A stretch of DNA of 58,378 bases, filler included, from Bipalium vagum (Eukaryota), in NCBI GenBank assembly GCA_037834085.1. It is 3 parts of 3 records of this genome, joined end to end, with 100 filler letters (N's around TTAATTAATTAA, not from the genome) between each part and the next. Parts side by side here need not be neighbours in the genome. Positions count along the whole stretch, not along the records: positions 17,730 to 36,460 come from JBBMKC010021189.1; positions 36,561 to 58,378 come from JBBMKC010231621.1; 1 more part is not named here. One strand, 5' to 3'. Under the pieces are notes generated by a model, which saw only the letters and a program-made list of their open reading frames with translations, searched no databases and was not told the DNA's origin. The translations under genes were made by a program, and so were the position numbers. Shown here piece after piece: positions 26,201 through 39,368 of this stretch; position 1 is the stretch's first letter; the number at the start of each line of letters is the position of its first letter.

Positions 26201-29200
26201 TTTTTGTTTTATAAAAAATGTTGCAAATAAAAACTATGATAAAAATAATAATTTGATGATTTTTGCAATTTTTAAATTCATTTACATAAAAATTTTGCCT
26301 AATTTTGTAAACGTGCACCATCTTTATTATTATTATAAAGATTATTATTATTATTATTTATTTTACCAAATAAAAGTAATATTAGGAAATAAAGAATTGT
26401 TACTAATATTTAAATACTATTAAAAAGATTTGTTGATTTTAAAGACCATTAAATACTTTAATTACCCGAGCAGTCCTTAACATCCAGAATCATTGTTTCT
26501 ACGGTTTCCAATCGAGTCCTGGGGTTTCTCGCCAATAGACCAAAATGTACAGCCTTGCACTCATATGTTCCAGCATCCATCATTTGTATGGACTGAATAG
26601 AATAATGTATCTTCGACGTTTCGAGATACATAGCATTGCTGAATATTTTACCGTGATCATTTCCTATTTTTACATTACCAACCTCCGAGGTCTTTAAAAA
26701 AAACAACGTTAAATGAGAAAAATTAATATAAATCGATTTTACTAAATGTTAAAAGTTTTTTTAATGGAGTATCAATAATTATAATTTATTTATTTTCATA
26801 AATTTTAATGTTGAGATAAATTGTTAACATTTGAAAAGTAAAAAGAAATTCATTCTGATGGAATGAAACTCATTGTTGAAGTATATCCATATCATTTTCT
26901 CAAAGAACAACAGTCTTGGATATCTGCCGACGAATTTGAGAAGACACTCACCTGTGAAACTGCTCAGCTGAATGAGGAATGATTTTGGTCCTCTCTTTCT
27001 ACACAATTTCTTTTTCGAACAGAAATTTGAGAGATATTTCCAACAAATCTTTCCTTTTCAGCAAATATTTAATTCTGCAGAAAGTGTATGTGAAATATTT
27101 TTATACTTTATTGATTATTAATAATAAAGGAAATATTTTAGTAGCTTAATCAATTTTTAAATCAATGAATGCCGTTCGGAAATAAGTTCATACGTTTTTA
27201 ATTATAAAATTTCTACAATTTCTTTCACAAGATATTCGTTTGTTTCTTAAGAAACATAATTTATGCGGAAATTCAATTAACAACTTTTGTCCTTGAAAAA
27301 GCACATTTTCGTCAACTTTTGTTACATTAGTTAAAAATAGGATAAAGGTAGTGTGCGTTCAGAGTGAAATAAACCTTTTGAACCACTTATTGGTCCCTAG
27401 TTCAAAAATTTTGGCAAGAACGAAATAATCATTAATCATAAATAGAAATTTTTAAAAATGGACTATTGCAAGACCATTGTCATTTCAGATGAACGAGTTC
27501 AACATATTTTAAGAGAAGACTTCCATTTGGAAAAGTATTTTAAGAGCGGTATCACATACTCTAACGATTCAAAGAAAAGGTCTTTAGGAAGTAAATTTGA
27601 GAACACCATTTGGACATTTTTAATAAAAATAAAACAAATTTCATGTGACATTTTGTAACAATGGACGGATTTAGCACCCTGATTGTAAATTGAAGCGAAG
27701 GCATATGAAGTGTATTTAAGCTTTATGTTCATTTCAAAAGTAGTATAAGAAAGAATATATGGTAAAAAGTTTATATCAATTGTTTTTTATCATGCCAAAA
27801 GTATTTTGAAAGATAGATTAACTTTAAAAAGGAAACACTACTAACTCCGAAAAATATTAAAGGCAAGTAGACCAATTGGATGCAGTCCTTGACGAAAAAT
27901 CACCTGATTTGCAGAATTTTTTTTTTAATCAAGATAATGTACATCAACGGCAAAACGAAAAAATTAAATTATTATTTGCCTGAACCTTAGTTGCAAGATT
28001 TGACTCCAATTGACATACGTTTTCAAAAACCTAAAATGTTTTCTCCCAGAGAAGCGTTTTTTATTAAATAAAGAATTTAGGCAGTCACAGACCAGTATTC
28101 TGCAAACCTTCCCAAATCGAACTTCAAACATTGCATAGAAATATTCAATAATAAAAGCCATCAATAACAATTCCACGTTGTTTCGATAAACTCATAAATC
28201 TGTTCTAAAATATCATATTTGGTTAAAAGGTAAAATCAGGTCGTGAAAGAGAATGTACATTATCCTAATAATAATATAAATTATATTATTTTATTATTAT
28301 TTATATTGATTATTGGATATTGTTAATTATTTTTATTATGATTGGAAAGAAATTGTTTTAAATAAATATTAAAAAATCACGGAAAATTATGTTACAAATA
28401 AATATAATTTTTTGATTCTAATCCGAAATTTTTTAAATTAATGCATGTAAATATCTAAAGACAATAATAAAATAAAATAAAATTTTTAATACAATTGTGA
28501 AATGAAAAATACTTAAGCAAATCAAATAAATAAATAAGATGAAAAATAAAATTATTACTAACGGTTAATAGAGAGTCGTTTAAAGACGGATGTGCCGCAA
28601 TTTTTAATAACGTTGTAAAATAATATCCGTCTGGAGAAACTTTACAAGTGAAATTGAAGGAATCAGCTACGCAAACTTTTGCATTGGGGTTAAAGATAAT
28701 CTGAGCAGCTCTGCCAATGTTTTCTCTGAAATGTAAGGATGATGTACTGAAACTTGATTTTTAACATTAAAATGATTAAAAAAATTAATCTATATAATGA
28801 TCTTCTGTAGGTGAAGAAATGATTTATTATTCAATTGGAATCTTGAAACTTATTAATGGGTCTATTTTAGATATCTAGAGGTATTTACAAAATCAGTTTA
28901 AGGCTGAATTGTTTATGCTTCAGAATTTTTTTGAATACAATAATTTTCTCTCAGCAGAACAGTCCGAAATGGCGAGGAAAACGGTTAGAGGTCACTATGC
29001 TGTTGCAATAATTTTTTTGAGGACATTTTAATGAACAACAAATTGAGAACATGTTCTGACAAGTTATAAAGAAAGTTAGAAGTTGGTCGTTAAAAGGACA
29101 TTAGTATTAATATAATTAATAATAGACATTAGTTATTGATATTAGTGTAAAGAAATTTTTCTATGTAAACGATTAAAATAAATATTAAAAAATCACGGAA

Positions 29201-32200
29201 AATTTCAATACGACCAAAGAAAATATGAAATACCAGGTAAAAGTATAAAAATAATACCCTATTACAATATTTTAGTATAATTTTGATGATGGTTTGCTTT
29301 TCTCCATTTTTTAAAATTAATTTTTCTGAAAAAACGAATTTCTAGAAGCAAAATTAATACAAAATAACATAGAAGCTAAAGATACTGGCACTATTTCTCA
29401 AAATAGTACAATAAAAACAAAATAATTAAATTTTGTTATACTGACACCGGTTCAGATATTTATAATCCTATATCCGGTTTCACACTTCAAAAGTTGTGAT
29501 ACATTAACTTATGGGTGCGTTCAGTTTATATAGTATTATTTCTGAAGAACTGATCAATAATATTGGTTCCTTATGGAATAACAAGAAAGGTAATTAAATA
29601 TTACCAAAATATAGCAATATTTTCTTTGTTTGCAACCGCTGCTTCAGACGACTAAAGCGCTCATCAATTAATTTCTTTTTGACGGTTAGCAACAAAAATA
29701 ACAAAGTGAAGAGTCAGGTGAAAAACTGGCTGTGTAAAAGTTTCATATTTTATTTATAACTCATTCAAATATTTGTCTATTTAAAACAAATTTGTTAATT
29801 TAGATTTAATTTAATGTTATGAATTATATTCAATGTCGATTTTTATGATGTGGGTTATAAAACTTGGATATTACTCAAAGCACTGGATTTAATTGACCAT
29901 CCCAGTGCCCAGAATATAAGTTAATATATGATAATACTAGTTTTTAAGTCTAAAATCAAACAGATTTATAAAACATTTCAGAAATGATTAGAATTATGTT
30001 AATATTTTCAATATAATGTTTCTTGACTTATCAGGAGTAACCCTAAATGGGCGTATTGTTTTTCTATTATTTAATAAATTAAAAAAAATCATTTCGTTTT
30101 GAATTGTTGTCTTCAGTTTACTTAGATGCGAATGTTTTAATGCAGAAATAACTTTAAATAATAAAAATATGAATATTTAAATAAAGCTCATGAATTTATG
30201 TTCCAGCTGCTTAATATAATTATTCTACAGATAATATGGTCTTTTTCAATAAAAATGTTCCACTTATTATTTTAATGAATTTCATCGGGATTACTGCAAC
30301 TGTTGTTTAACCAAGTTAATTTAATAAGATATCCACATTTTTTGTAAAGCTCATCATTTAAGTAGTTAAGTAAATCATTTATGAATGATAAGTACCTTTT
30401 TACATTTAGCAGTATGACTTGAGTAAAAATTTAATCGAAATAAAGAAATTTGAAAGATATGGAATAAGTTTCAGAGAAATCACCAGATATTTGAAGAAAT
30501 AATTACTATTTTTCGAGAATGGAATGTGTGGTGTAAGGAAGGGTTGTAGAATCGTTGTAGTGGCAGTGGGTAACACAGAAACATCAATGAGCATGAGGAT
30601 AGACACCATTCTCTACCCGTTAGAGAAAATTTGTGCGGAATACAAAATTGACTTTACATCTTACAGATTAAAAATTTAGCTAATATCAAGAAAGACAACA
30701 TTAGGATGACTATTTAATAGCATTAACTATTAATTTGTCAGTGCTTTCTTTGATTTTGATCAAGTCAAATATTATTGGTCAATTCAAAGGTTCTTTTTTT
30801 TCTATAACTTCTTTAATATAACCTGAAAGATTTTTCTTTTCCTTGCAATGATTTCCCTATTCTTTTTGAAATTTTAAACCTTTCATTTATTTTATATTGT
30901 TCAAATTACTTATGAAAGAATAATTTTAGTGTGTCATGAAGTGCAAAGAAGCTAAATCAAAATTTTCAAAACAGTAGTCAATGTCTCGAACAAATACGTT
31001 TCATAAAGGCAGAATAATAAATATTAAAAATTAAATAACACAAATATTAAAAAAATAACATTANNNNNNNNNNNNNNNNNNNNNNNNNNNNNNNNNNNNN
31101 NNNNNNNNNNNNNNNNNNNNNNNNNNNNNNNNNNNNNNNNNNNNNNNNNNNNNNNNNNNNNNNNNNNNNNNNNNNNNNNNNNNNNNNNNNNNNNNNNNNN
31201 NAAAATATATGAAATTTGGTATTATTTTATTTGTTATTAAAACTATTTACTTATTTAAAAATTCATTGTACCAACATATTTCATTAAAATTGAAACCCTT
31301 TTATCCAAAAATGATTTCCTATAATTTTTCGACATTTTTTGAACATTTTTAATGGAGTAATTTTCTAATTCTGTTCTTAATGTAAATTTCGTTTCTTAAA
31401 TCGTCCGGAATCACTTTTATTAAAAATCCTTACTTTTCAACACCTGTCGTACTTGACAAGACTGTACAACAATGGAGACAATTCAATAGGCTTATTGTAC
31501 GTAGCTTGTCCATAAAAACTGAAAACAATGTACAGAAGTTCTGATATTTGGGTTAAATATGGCATAGCTGCACTGCAAAAATTGAGGTACATTTTCAAAG
31601 TTACTGTAGAAAAAACGTTTCACATTGAATATTCTTCTTCATTTAATTCAGTTGGATCCTGACCATTTAGTAAATATGAAGTCGTTACATAAACAATTTC
31701 TCATTTTTAGGTGAAATTACAAACGATAATATTTTCTGAGTGATTTTCTTTTTTTCGAAGACTTTTACTACATTACGGACGCCTTTTCCAAGATTGAGAC
31801 TAATTATCTCTTTCATTTGAATAACATTCTCCACACATTTACAAGAACTGATTTATCCACAGATGTATTTTTTATTCCATCACAATGCCAATACAAGATA
31901 CCTTTCGAGGGGTATTAAAACCGTCTCTTCTGAATGTTGTACTTAATCGATCTTTCATCGTCATCAATAATTAATATATCCAGAAAAATATTGAATTATT
32001 GTCTTATCAATAAGGAAGAAAAGAAATGTGATATGTTCTTTGGCTATCATCAAGCCGAGAACATTTTTTCATGAAGACTTTCCTTGATGGATCTCATCTC
32101 CTAGACAAAAGACATTCCCCTCATGAAATTTTATAAGCAACCTCTGAGTGGTGCGAATGTCGACATCATTCCAAAAAATTCCACATAATCTGTTTGAATA

Positions 32201-35200
32201 TTGTTTCTCATTGTAAAATTCTGGCAGAACATAATCCCAATGAAAAACAGTTTTATCTATTATATTTAAGAGTGATAAAATTTTTTGTAACGCAGGAAAG
32301 GGTATTGAGATCCCCGAGTTAATTTATACAATATCTTTAATTTCACCGTTCCTCTGAAACAGCTTGAAATACCATCTTTATTTAATCAAAATAGTTTTCA
32401 AAGAAATCTTGATTTGTGTACTGTTTTTTTCTTTCGGAACCCGTTCAGATTATTCATAGTGTTTAACTAAGATACAGAACTTAGAAAACCAAAGAAAACA
32501 AGTTTTTAAACTTTGTTATGGTGACATCCGTTGTTTTTTATGATGATTTATTTCTTTATTCTAATAATAATGAAAAATTTTCAATTTTTAGGAACAAAAT
32601 TTCATAGAACGTCAATCATACCAAGGCTCCTTATAGATTAATTAAGCTTGTGGTGTGTGTTTTACTGTCCTCAAATAGATTCGAGAACAAAACATTTACT
32701 TAATTATCAAATTTTATGGTGCCTTCTTCAAAGTCATCCTATGTCACTGAAGCACATTTTTGTCATCAATTCTACCAATCCTCGAAGCGTCTTCGATATT
32801 CTTTGTCCGGAATTTTCTTGAATTTATTTTGATAACTAAAGACCATGGTCAAAAAGTGTTGACTTCATCCGAAGGTAAAGAAATAAGTCAAACTGACCTA
32901 AATCAGGTGAATATGATTCTTCTACCACAACTTATCTCAAACAACGCATGACTTGCAAATACTATTAATATTAATAAATAATAATTATTATATTAAATAA
33001 TTAAATCTCACACTAAAAATTTCAAAGTATTAGGGAAAAAATTTTAAAATAATTTCTATAATAAATAATAGTTAAAAACAAACTAATCGATCAAAAGGTA
33101 AGATATTTAAAAAGTTATGGCACATAGACAATCCCGTTAACAATTATCTCAAATATATCTTAGTCAGTTCCCGGATGTTTAACAGACTAGTGATTCTAGC
33201 ACTATTTTTTAAGGCAACTGTTTAAGTAAATCAAAATTGACATATCAATCGTTCCTGTATTAATTTTGATTTATCTTATCAACGATCAACAAGGTCATCT
33301 TTTTTTTAGTCTCAAACTGATTTTTATTCAAATAGCCAATTTTCCATTTATTAGTTTTGAAAGAGAATTCCAAATTTCTTGGATAAAGTGTTAAGTTTAA
33401 TTATTTCTGATGACTGAACCAGAAATATTTTTAAAAACACTATGCAAGAAGAACTTGTTGTGGAAAAATTCTCAAAGAAGATTTATCTACTTTAGTAACC
33501 GCTTCATTTCTCATTTTAATCAAAATCTTTATTATTCTTGTTAGCAGTCGTAGTTCGAAAATTATATTCTTGAATGCTTTTTATGACAATGAAACATAGA
33601 CACATTTTCTATTCTTAATAAATTAACATATTGTGCCATTAAAAATTATTTTAAAATAAATATACAAAATTAAATTAAATAAATATTAAAATTAAGTTTA
33701 CAATTAATTAAAAATTTAATTAAGTCACAATATAAAATTAAAAAATTAGAAATCAGTTTAAATACTCACAATCCTTAAAACTAAACATCATTGTTACTTA
33801 CTGCTACATTATCTACACTTTCAGAAATTCATAAAGTGAAGATTGAGTATAATATATATTTGATAAAAATAATTGAATGGTCGAATAAGTGTTTGTTTTA
33901 TTATTTATTTAAACAAAATAATTATCTAAAAATTTTATCAATAATTATTTACTTATTAAAAAAAACTTGAAATTTATTAAAATTTATTTAAAATATTTAT
34001 TTTACATAAGGATTAAATTTTAATAAATTTAATACTTTAAAATTTTATAAAAATATTTATGAATAATTTTTTATTATTTAATATTAATTAAAATTTAATC
34101 ATTAGAATCATCCATATCAATTTTAATGTGAATCTCAAATTTTAAAATGAAAGAGGAAACTTTTCTTCTGTAATCCTTTGTAATTCATATATCAGATAAT
34201 TAGAATTATTCACAACATTTATTAATTTTAATATTTAAAGTATTTTCATTAGTTAGAAAAAAATGCTAGTATAATCTTTTGTAATAAATCAGATAATTCT
34301 AATTTTGCATTGGAATCCATTTGAATTTAAAAGTCCAAGATCAATAATGAATTATTTCAATATTAATCGCTTGTAAAGAGATTAATGTAAAAAAACTTTT
34401 TTTGTCTGTATAAACCAATAAATTTAATATTTCAAAATTGTCTCTATTAATTCCAAAAAACAAACGTATTTCCCAACAATAAAATTCCGTAGTATGAGTG
34501 TTATCGGTTATCATTTTTTATATTGCAATAAATAAATAAAACAAAACCTACTGATCTTTGAGAATGTCAATCATGTTGACATTTATTCTGTAAGTAAAAT
34601 TTAAGGTACGAGAAAGTCCGTTCTTGAGCATTAAATGAGCTTCGCTAATATAAAATCCCTGATTGTTGATATTGATATTCCCCACATAAAGACGACTACT
34701 GTAACAAGACCCGTTCACTACTCTTGGCATAATTTCTAAATCATTACAAGAGGAGTGGAAAGTGAGAATTTTGTGCTAGAAATCGTTTGGGTAAAATACA
34801 ATCAGAAAAATGTCAATTAATCAATAAAATAAAAAATAAATATTCATAGCACTTTTCAATGTGGAAAAAATGGAAAATTAATATTTTTGGCATAGAAAAG
34901 ATTTTGAGAACTATTTGTACTTTAGAAAAGTGATGCTGGAAAATGCAATTTATTACTTTTGGAAAACAGTTTTCAAAAATCGCATTTCCCTAGACGGAGA
35001 ATGCGAACAATTGCAAGTTGTTTTGTCGTTGTCAGTGCAGTCGTGCTTAGGGTGTTCGTTCTGCAATATCCATCGCTGTGTTCTAAGAATGAAGCAGAAT
35101 ACAATGCAAAAGTGTACTATGTCTCATCTGCATTAAGCTCTGCAACACTTTAATTTTTATTTTCAAATTTTCTTTTATTTTTAATTTTTTAATTTTATTT

Positions 35201-35368
35201 TTTATCGACTTGTCTATGTTTCGATGATTTTTAATTTTGTGAGATTTTAGATTTGTTCGCAAAAGTCAGCATTTTCAAAAAATATTAAAAATATTTTATA
35301 AAAATTATACTCTAAAAATGATATTAAATTTTATTTATGTGATAATAAAAATCTATATTTAAAAAATC

Positions 35369-35400
<32 letters not shown>

Positions 35401-36273
35401 TATAATGATAACCAATAATAATTATTATTATATTAATATTCATAATAATAGTTATATTAATAATATAATAATAACATCAATACTTAATAATAATAACATT
35501 AATAATAGTAATAATACTTCAGAAAATATAAGTTATTATTAAAGGATAAAAACGACAAATCATCTATAGATAAATAAAATATGATTTGGGATTTTATTTA
35601 AAAATATCAAAAATTAAATAATATTATTAATACAACATATATGAAGAAGATTGATGCAACCTGTTCAAACAGACAATTCCGTATTTTAATTTAATTTTAT
35701 AATTAAATTTTTCGAAAACAATAACAATTACATTAAGTTCCTTTACATTGGTTTTTACTCGACTTTCCTTAAAGAAAAACCATTGAACATTCATAAAGTG
35801 GATTTCACTCGCGGGTGCAGAGATGTAGAAGGCTGCGTAAAACTCAACATTTTCTCCGGGATTGTGTATTACATTCTGTTGCAGTTTGTTGAGCAACATT
35901 TCAGGGAGCCAATATATATGATCTGAAGTTGATAATTTTCGATATTTAAGATTGTAAAAAATTTATCATTATATATATAAACTCAAAGAATAATTTTTTG
36001 TTCTTTCAAGCACGTGAAATAAATAACTTATAAATTTGGAATTTTACATTTTTTTATAACTTTATATTTAGAAATGGAAGGTCAATTTTAGTATCTGAGA
36101 ATTATTGATCTATTACGTTTAATAATTAATTGAAAAGTGATAAATCAAGATAAAAATTTATCTCTCACTATTATTTGCAATAATTTATAACTATATCTAC
36201 GCCTAAAGTGTAATTATTGATATCATCATCCTTGCTTCTTTAACGTTATCGTACTTATTATTATTATTATTAA

Positions 36274-36306
<33 letters not shown>

Positions 36307-38423
36307 GGTTACCACATGAATCCTTACAGTGTTTATTTAGATATTTTGTAAATGATATAAAAATATAAGGGTAAAATAATTAGATAAGTCTAAAATTGCA
36401 AGCAATAATAGCCAAATTTTGGACATTGATTTCATTGCTTTTTTATATTATTGTATTTTANNNNNNNNNNNNNNNNNNNNNNNNNNNNNNNNNNNNNNNN
36501 NNNNTTAATTAATTAANNNNNNNNNNNNNNNNNNNNNNNNNNNNNNNNNNNNNNNNNNNNTAAAACATGTAGGAATTATTATTAATATTATCTGTGATTA
36601 TATTTATTAAGCAAATTTATAATAAGGTAACATCGAGTTACCATTAATAGAAAACAGATCAGAATTTTTATATTAAAAAATGAAAAAATGGTAAAAATGG
36701 AAAAAAAGAAGGATAACCGAATTATATTAGGGAAGAGAAATTTATTAATTATGAAAGAGAAGAAAAAAAGAAGTGTATAAAAGCAAACAGAAATTATAAG
36801 AAAGGCAGAAACAAAACAAAATAATAACAGTTTGTAAGAATCTAAAGCAGAAGAATTCAAACGAAGTAGAACAGACCAAAAAACTACAGAGTACAACTAT
36901 TCATTCATCTTATCACAAACCCACGGATTGAACTCAATCAGCTGTATAAACCTACAGACCAAACTCCAAGCTACCATTGTTACGAAGGACTTGCAAACGC
37001 CAATTTGCCTACGGATATTGACTATTTAAAGGGTCGACAACAATAAAAAAAAAGAAAAAGAAAAAGAAAGAATAAAAAGAGAGAAAAGAAAACCCCAAAG
37101 ATCTACAATCAAAGCTAAAGGCAGGACGAATACGAAACCCCGACTAAGCTAAAGGCAAGCAGAACATTGAATCACTGAAGAGAAAGGGAACTTATGACAA
37201 TCAAATGGACCAATATATGACCATTTTTTTGTTGATAAAGTAAATTTCATAATTGATAACTTGTTACATTATTGTAACAAAGTTTTAGTATTTCAATAAA
37301 TTTTAACTAATGTTTTATATTATTACTATCTTAATCTTAAATTTTGTCGTCAGTTTTAAGTATTTCAAACATTGATTTGGCTCTTAACGATTAGAAAAGT
37401 TTAAGTGAAAAGAAATTGATTTAGTAATCCATTATTCGATTAAGTAATCCTTTATTGATACTTGTTACATCCTTGTAACAAGTTTTATTATTATTAAATT
37501 TACACCTATATCAATAATATAATATAAAACTAGCTTGGAACCCAATGTTCACAAGACTAGTCTCGATCTTCAATAAATATTTATATTTCACTCCTTTATT
37601 AAGCAAGCGTGTCTTGTTAGACAAGACACAGTTTGTCCTAACTAAGTAAATATATACTCAGGCCAAGACCTGAGGATTATATAACTTTTTAAATTCTCAT
37701 TTCTTATTACTTTTTTCTTTTATTTGTTTTTACTTCACACACTATGTAGGGTGGTGAAGTATATTTTTTCTTCTTATATCGAGGACCTCTGAGCCTAAGA
37801 GCGAGAGAATTTTTCTAAATAATAATTATAATGAATAAAATAATTTTAAACCCTTTTAATCATTCAGAACCGATATCACGCAGTTTTAACTTTATTTTGA
37901 ATAAAATAAAAGTATTTAAAAGTCACAGCGTTTTCTTAGTTATTTCAACCGAACACATAATAAGCAACCTTCACTTGTTAAGGCCTAATTATCACAGTAA
38001 GCTCCACTTTAACATCAAACTAACCCATCTTAGGATCTTAACAATTTATTAAATTCGTTTTGACATTCTTAGGCTTTCCATAACTCTGTCAAAAATATCA
38101 ACAACCCTTAAACCTTATTCTTTTTTCTTCACACGAATACACTCGACGTATTTGGTGCACCATTTAATATATTAAAATATTTTGAATTAAATGAGAAAAA
38201 ATCAAATTTAATAATATAAATAATCAATAAGTCAAATTTGATTTAATGGTAAGTTAAAAAGAAAAGAAAAATAAAATAAAGCACCAAAACTCTCATCCCT
38301 TGTAAGAACTATGGGTCCTTGCGTCAGTGTATGAGTGCGAACCGATACGCTCATAAACACCATAACATTACATGAACTCTCATTGGCTCCAGTCGATAAA
38401 AATAACCATAACAAAAAAATCAT
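20298..38423 (-). CDS. FGFR: Fibroblast growth factor receptor-like receptor tyrosine kinase (signal peptide, 2 Ig-like domains, TM, long juxtamembrane, kinase subdomains I-IV); 3' part not found in window
   Basis: Phase-compatible GT-AG exons: 38423-38372 (MIFLLWLFLSTGANESS, signal peptide); 35922-35747 (YHIYWLPE...VQWFFFKESRVKTN); 34775-34552 (HKILTF...NQGFYISEA...); 28725-28563 (...FNFTCKV...); 26691-26466 (...DAGTYECKA...); 23027-22398 (TM VGTVIVLIVLAIIIY, WIFSRDSLIIGSKIGEGAFGIV, VALKTL); 20408-20298 (DVINLIQELEMMKLIGTHPNIISLYGACVDNG). W-x-F-x-R-x2-L, GEGAFG and EMMKxIGxHxNII are FGFR-family signatures. Exon 1 is the least certain because it lies across an assembly linker. Confidence 0.88.
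20700..21600 (-). mobile_element. Tc1 relic in FGFR intron
   Basis: Minus strand FSDENRFR (~21240), VLGAI (~21130) and SPDLNII (~20900). Confidence 0.6.
23278..23917 (+). mobile_element. Internally deleted DD41D (rosa/VS-type) Tc1/mariner element with both TIRs
   Basis: TIRs CAGGGTGTCCCAAAAGTCATTAG / CTAATGGCTTTTAAGACACCCTG, with TA on the right flank. Internal QQDGAAPH...WIDRGETLSWPARSFD*TTLDFF has exactly 41 residues between the 2nd and 3rd catalytic D. Confidence 0.85.
24127..24800 (+). mobile_element. Tc1 transposase relic
   Basis: VFIEESRFCL, GRDSIMIW, PSQSPDLSIIEHL (SPDLNPIE). Confidence 0.75.
25560..25950 (+). mobile_element. Possible Penelope-like retroelement relic
   Basis: SNKGIIIVLFD resembles the PLE DKG motif; otherwise degraded. 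Confidence 0.3.
27430..28150 (+). mobile_element. mariner relic
   Basis: ISDERVQHILREDFHLEK; FNQDNVHQ (HQDNA) at ~27925; degenerate C-terminus. Confidence 0.6.
31064..31201. other. Assembly gap (N-run)
   Basis: Plain N-run without linker. Confidence 0.95.
31330..32950 (-). mobile_element. Highly degraded LTR retrotransposon pol relic
   Basis: Faint RT-like (NGEI..KLN..YPFP) and integrase-like (SYxLNG, NIRTSVH..YG) remnants on the minus strand; no intact ORF. Confidence 0.3.
36461..36560. other. Assembly gap with artificial six-frame-stop linker
   Basis: N44-TTAATTAATTAA-N44, identical to the 17630 gap. Confidence 0.95.
36561..37830 (+). mobile_element. Second, diverged copy of the same RLE-retrotransposon-like 3' end, in FGFR intron 1
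   Basis: CAAGCTAccatTGTTACgAaGGaCTTgCAA (36967) versus CAAGCTAaacTGTTACaAgGGgCTTaCAA (45969). Both copies share the terminal hairpin TACTTC..AC...TGGT(G)AAGT and a TAA-rich end. Confidence 0.4.
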
Positions 38424-38489
38424 CAGTAATTTTTTTCCAAAAAATAAATAATTTGATTTTCTGCCTACAAACACAAATAATGAACGATC

Positions 38490-38825
38490 TCCTTATAATA
38501 AAAAAATACTTAAATACATTTTTGTGACAATCCATTGAGAACTCCAGTGCTTTTTATACTGATCAGTTGTAGAATAGTATTTTTAATTGCAAATGTCAAT
38601 TCTCTTTTCAGGTACTTAATGTAAAATCGGTCTCTAATTATGGACTCTGATCTTAAGTTAGCAAATCGACATTCAACATTGCCAAGATTAGACCATTATA
38701 GATAAAAAATTATTTTATTATTATTTTGATTAATTTTTATACTTTTAATTATAATTATATAATTATATTTTTGGAATTATTATACTATTTTAGACCCTTT
38801 CAACGATCTTAAAATTCAAGGTTAA
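38490..38825. repeat. Diverged copy of the 44.3-44.7 kb MITE in the FGFR/PIF1 intergenic promoter
   Basis: Shared ordered words TTATACTGATCAG, AATGTCAATT, AAATCGGT, AGACCAT and ATAAAAAAT, plus a terminal GGTTAA. Confidence 0.55.
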
Positions 38826-39368
38826 GATGATGTGCACTTAGCCAACAGTTTTAATTTACAATTAGTGTTAAATTCATTACTCTAAATTTATAAAATTTAT
38901 TTTTTAATATTAATTTAATGCTTTGTATACAATAACAATTACCACAAACAAATTTGTTTTTTATCCATTGATTTTAAATAGAGAACTCTATTAATATTAA
39001 ACATTATTTTTTTCAAATTTAGTCAATGATTAGTGTCAGATTTCAAGCTTAATATTTTAATTTTATGATTTTATAAATTTAAATTAAAAATATAATTAAG
39101 TATTTTGAATAAATATACATTTTTTCATATCACTTAAAAACTTGTTATATAATTATTCATCTAGATTTTATATATTTTTAATTGAAAATTAAAATATTTT
39201 AATAAAAATCTTAATTTTTAATTTAGTTAAAAAAACAAAAAAATTTAAACTAGCAAAATAATATTTATGTTTATCTCTTAATTTACCCTTAAAGAGAGTT
39301 TGTTTAAATAATTCGTTTTATTTTAACTATTTTAAAATTTAATTTCTTTTACATTGAAAATTTATTTT

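Noticed and set aside
34915-35153. Two overlapping + strand ORFs in FGFR intron 2
   Set aside because: Non-ATG starts and no motifs; probably the interior of a non-autonomous repeat.
36588-36896. Hydrophobic minus-strand ORF suggesting a mitochondrial insertion (NUMT)
   Set aside because: It is the antisense shadow of an A/G-rich tract. The T-rich strand has C>G, opposite to flatworm mtDNA coding strands, and has no recognisable mitochondrial protein motif.
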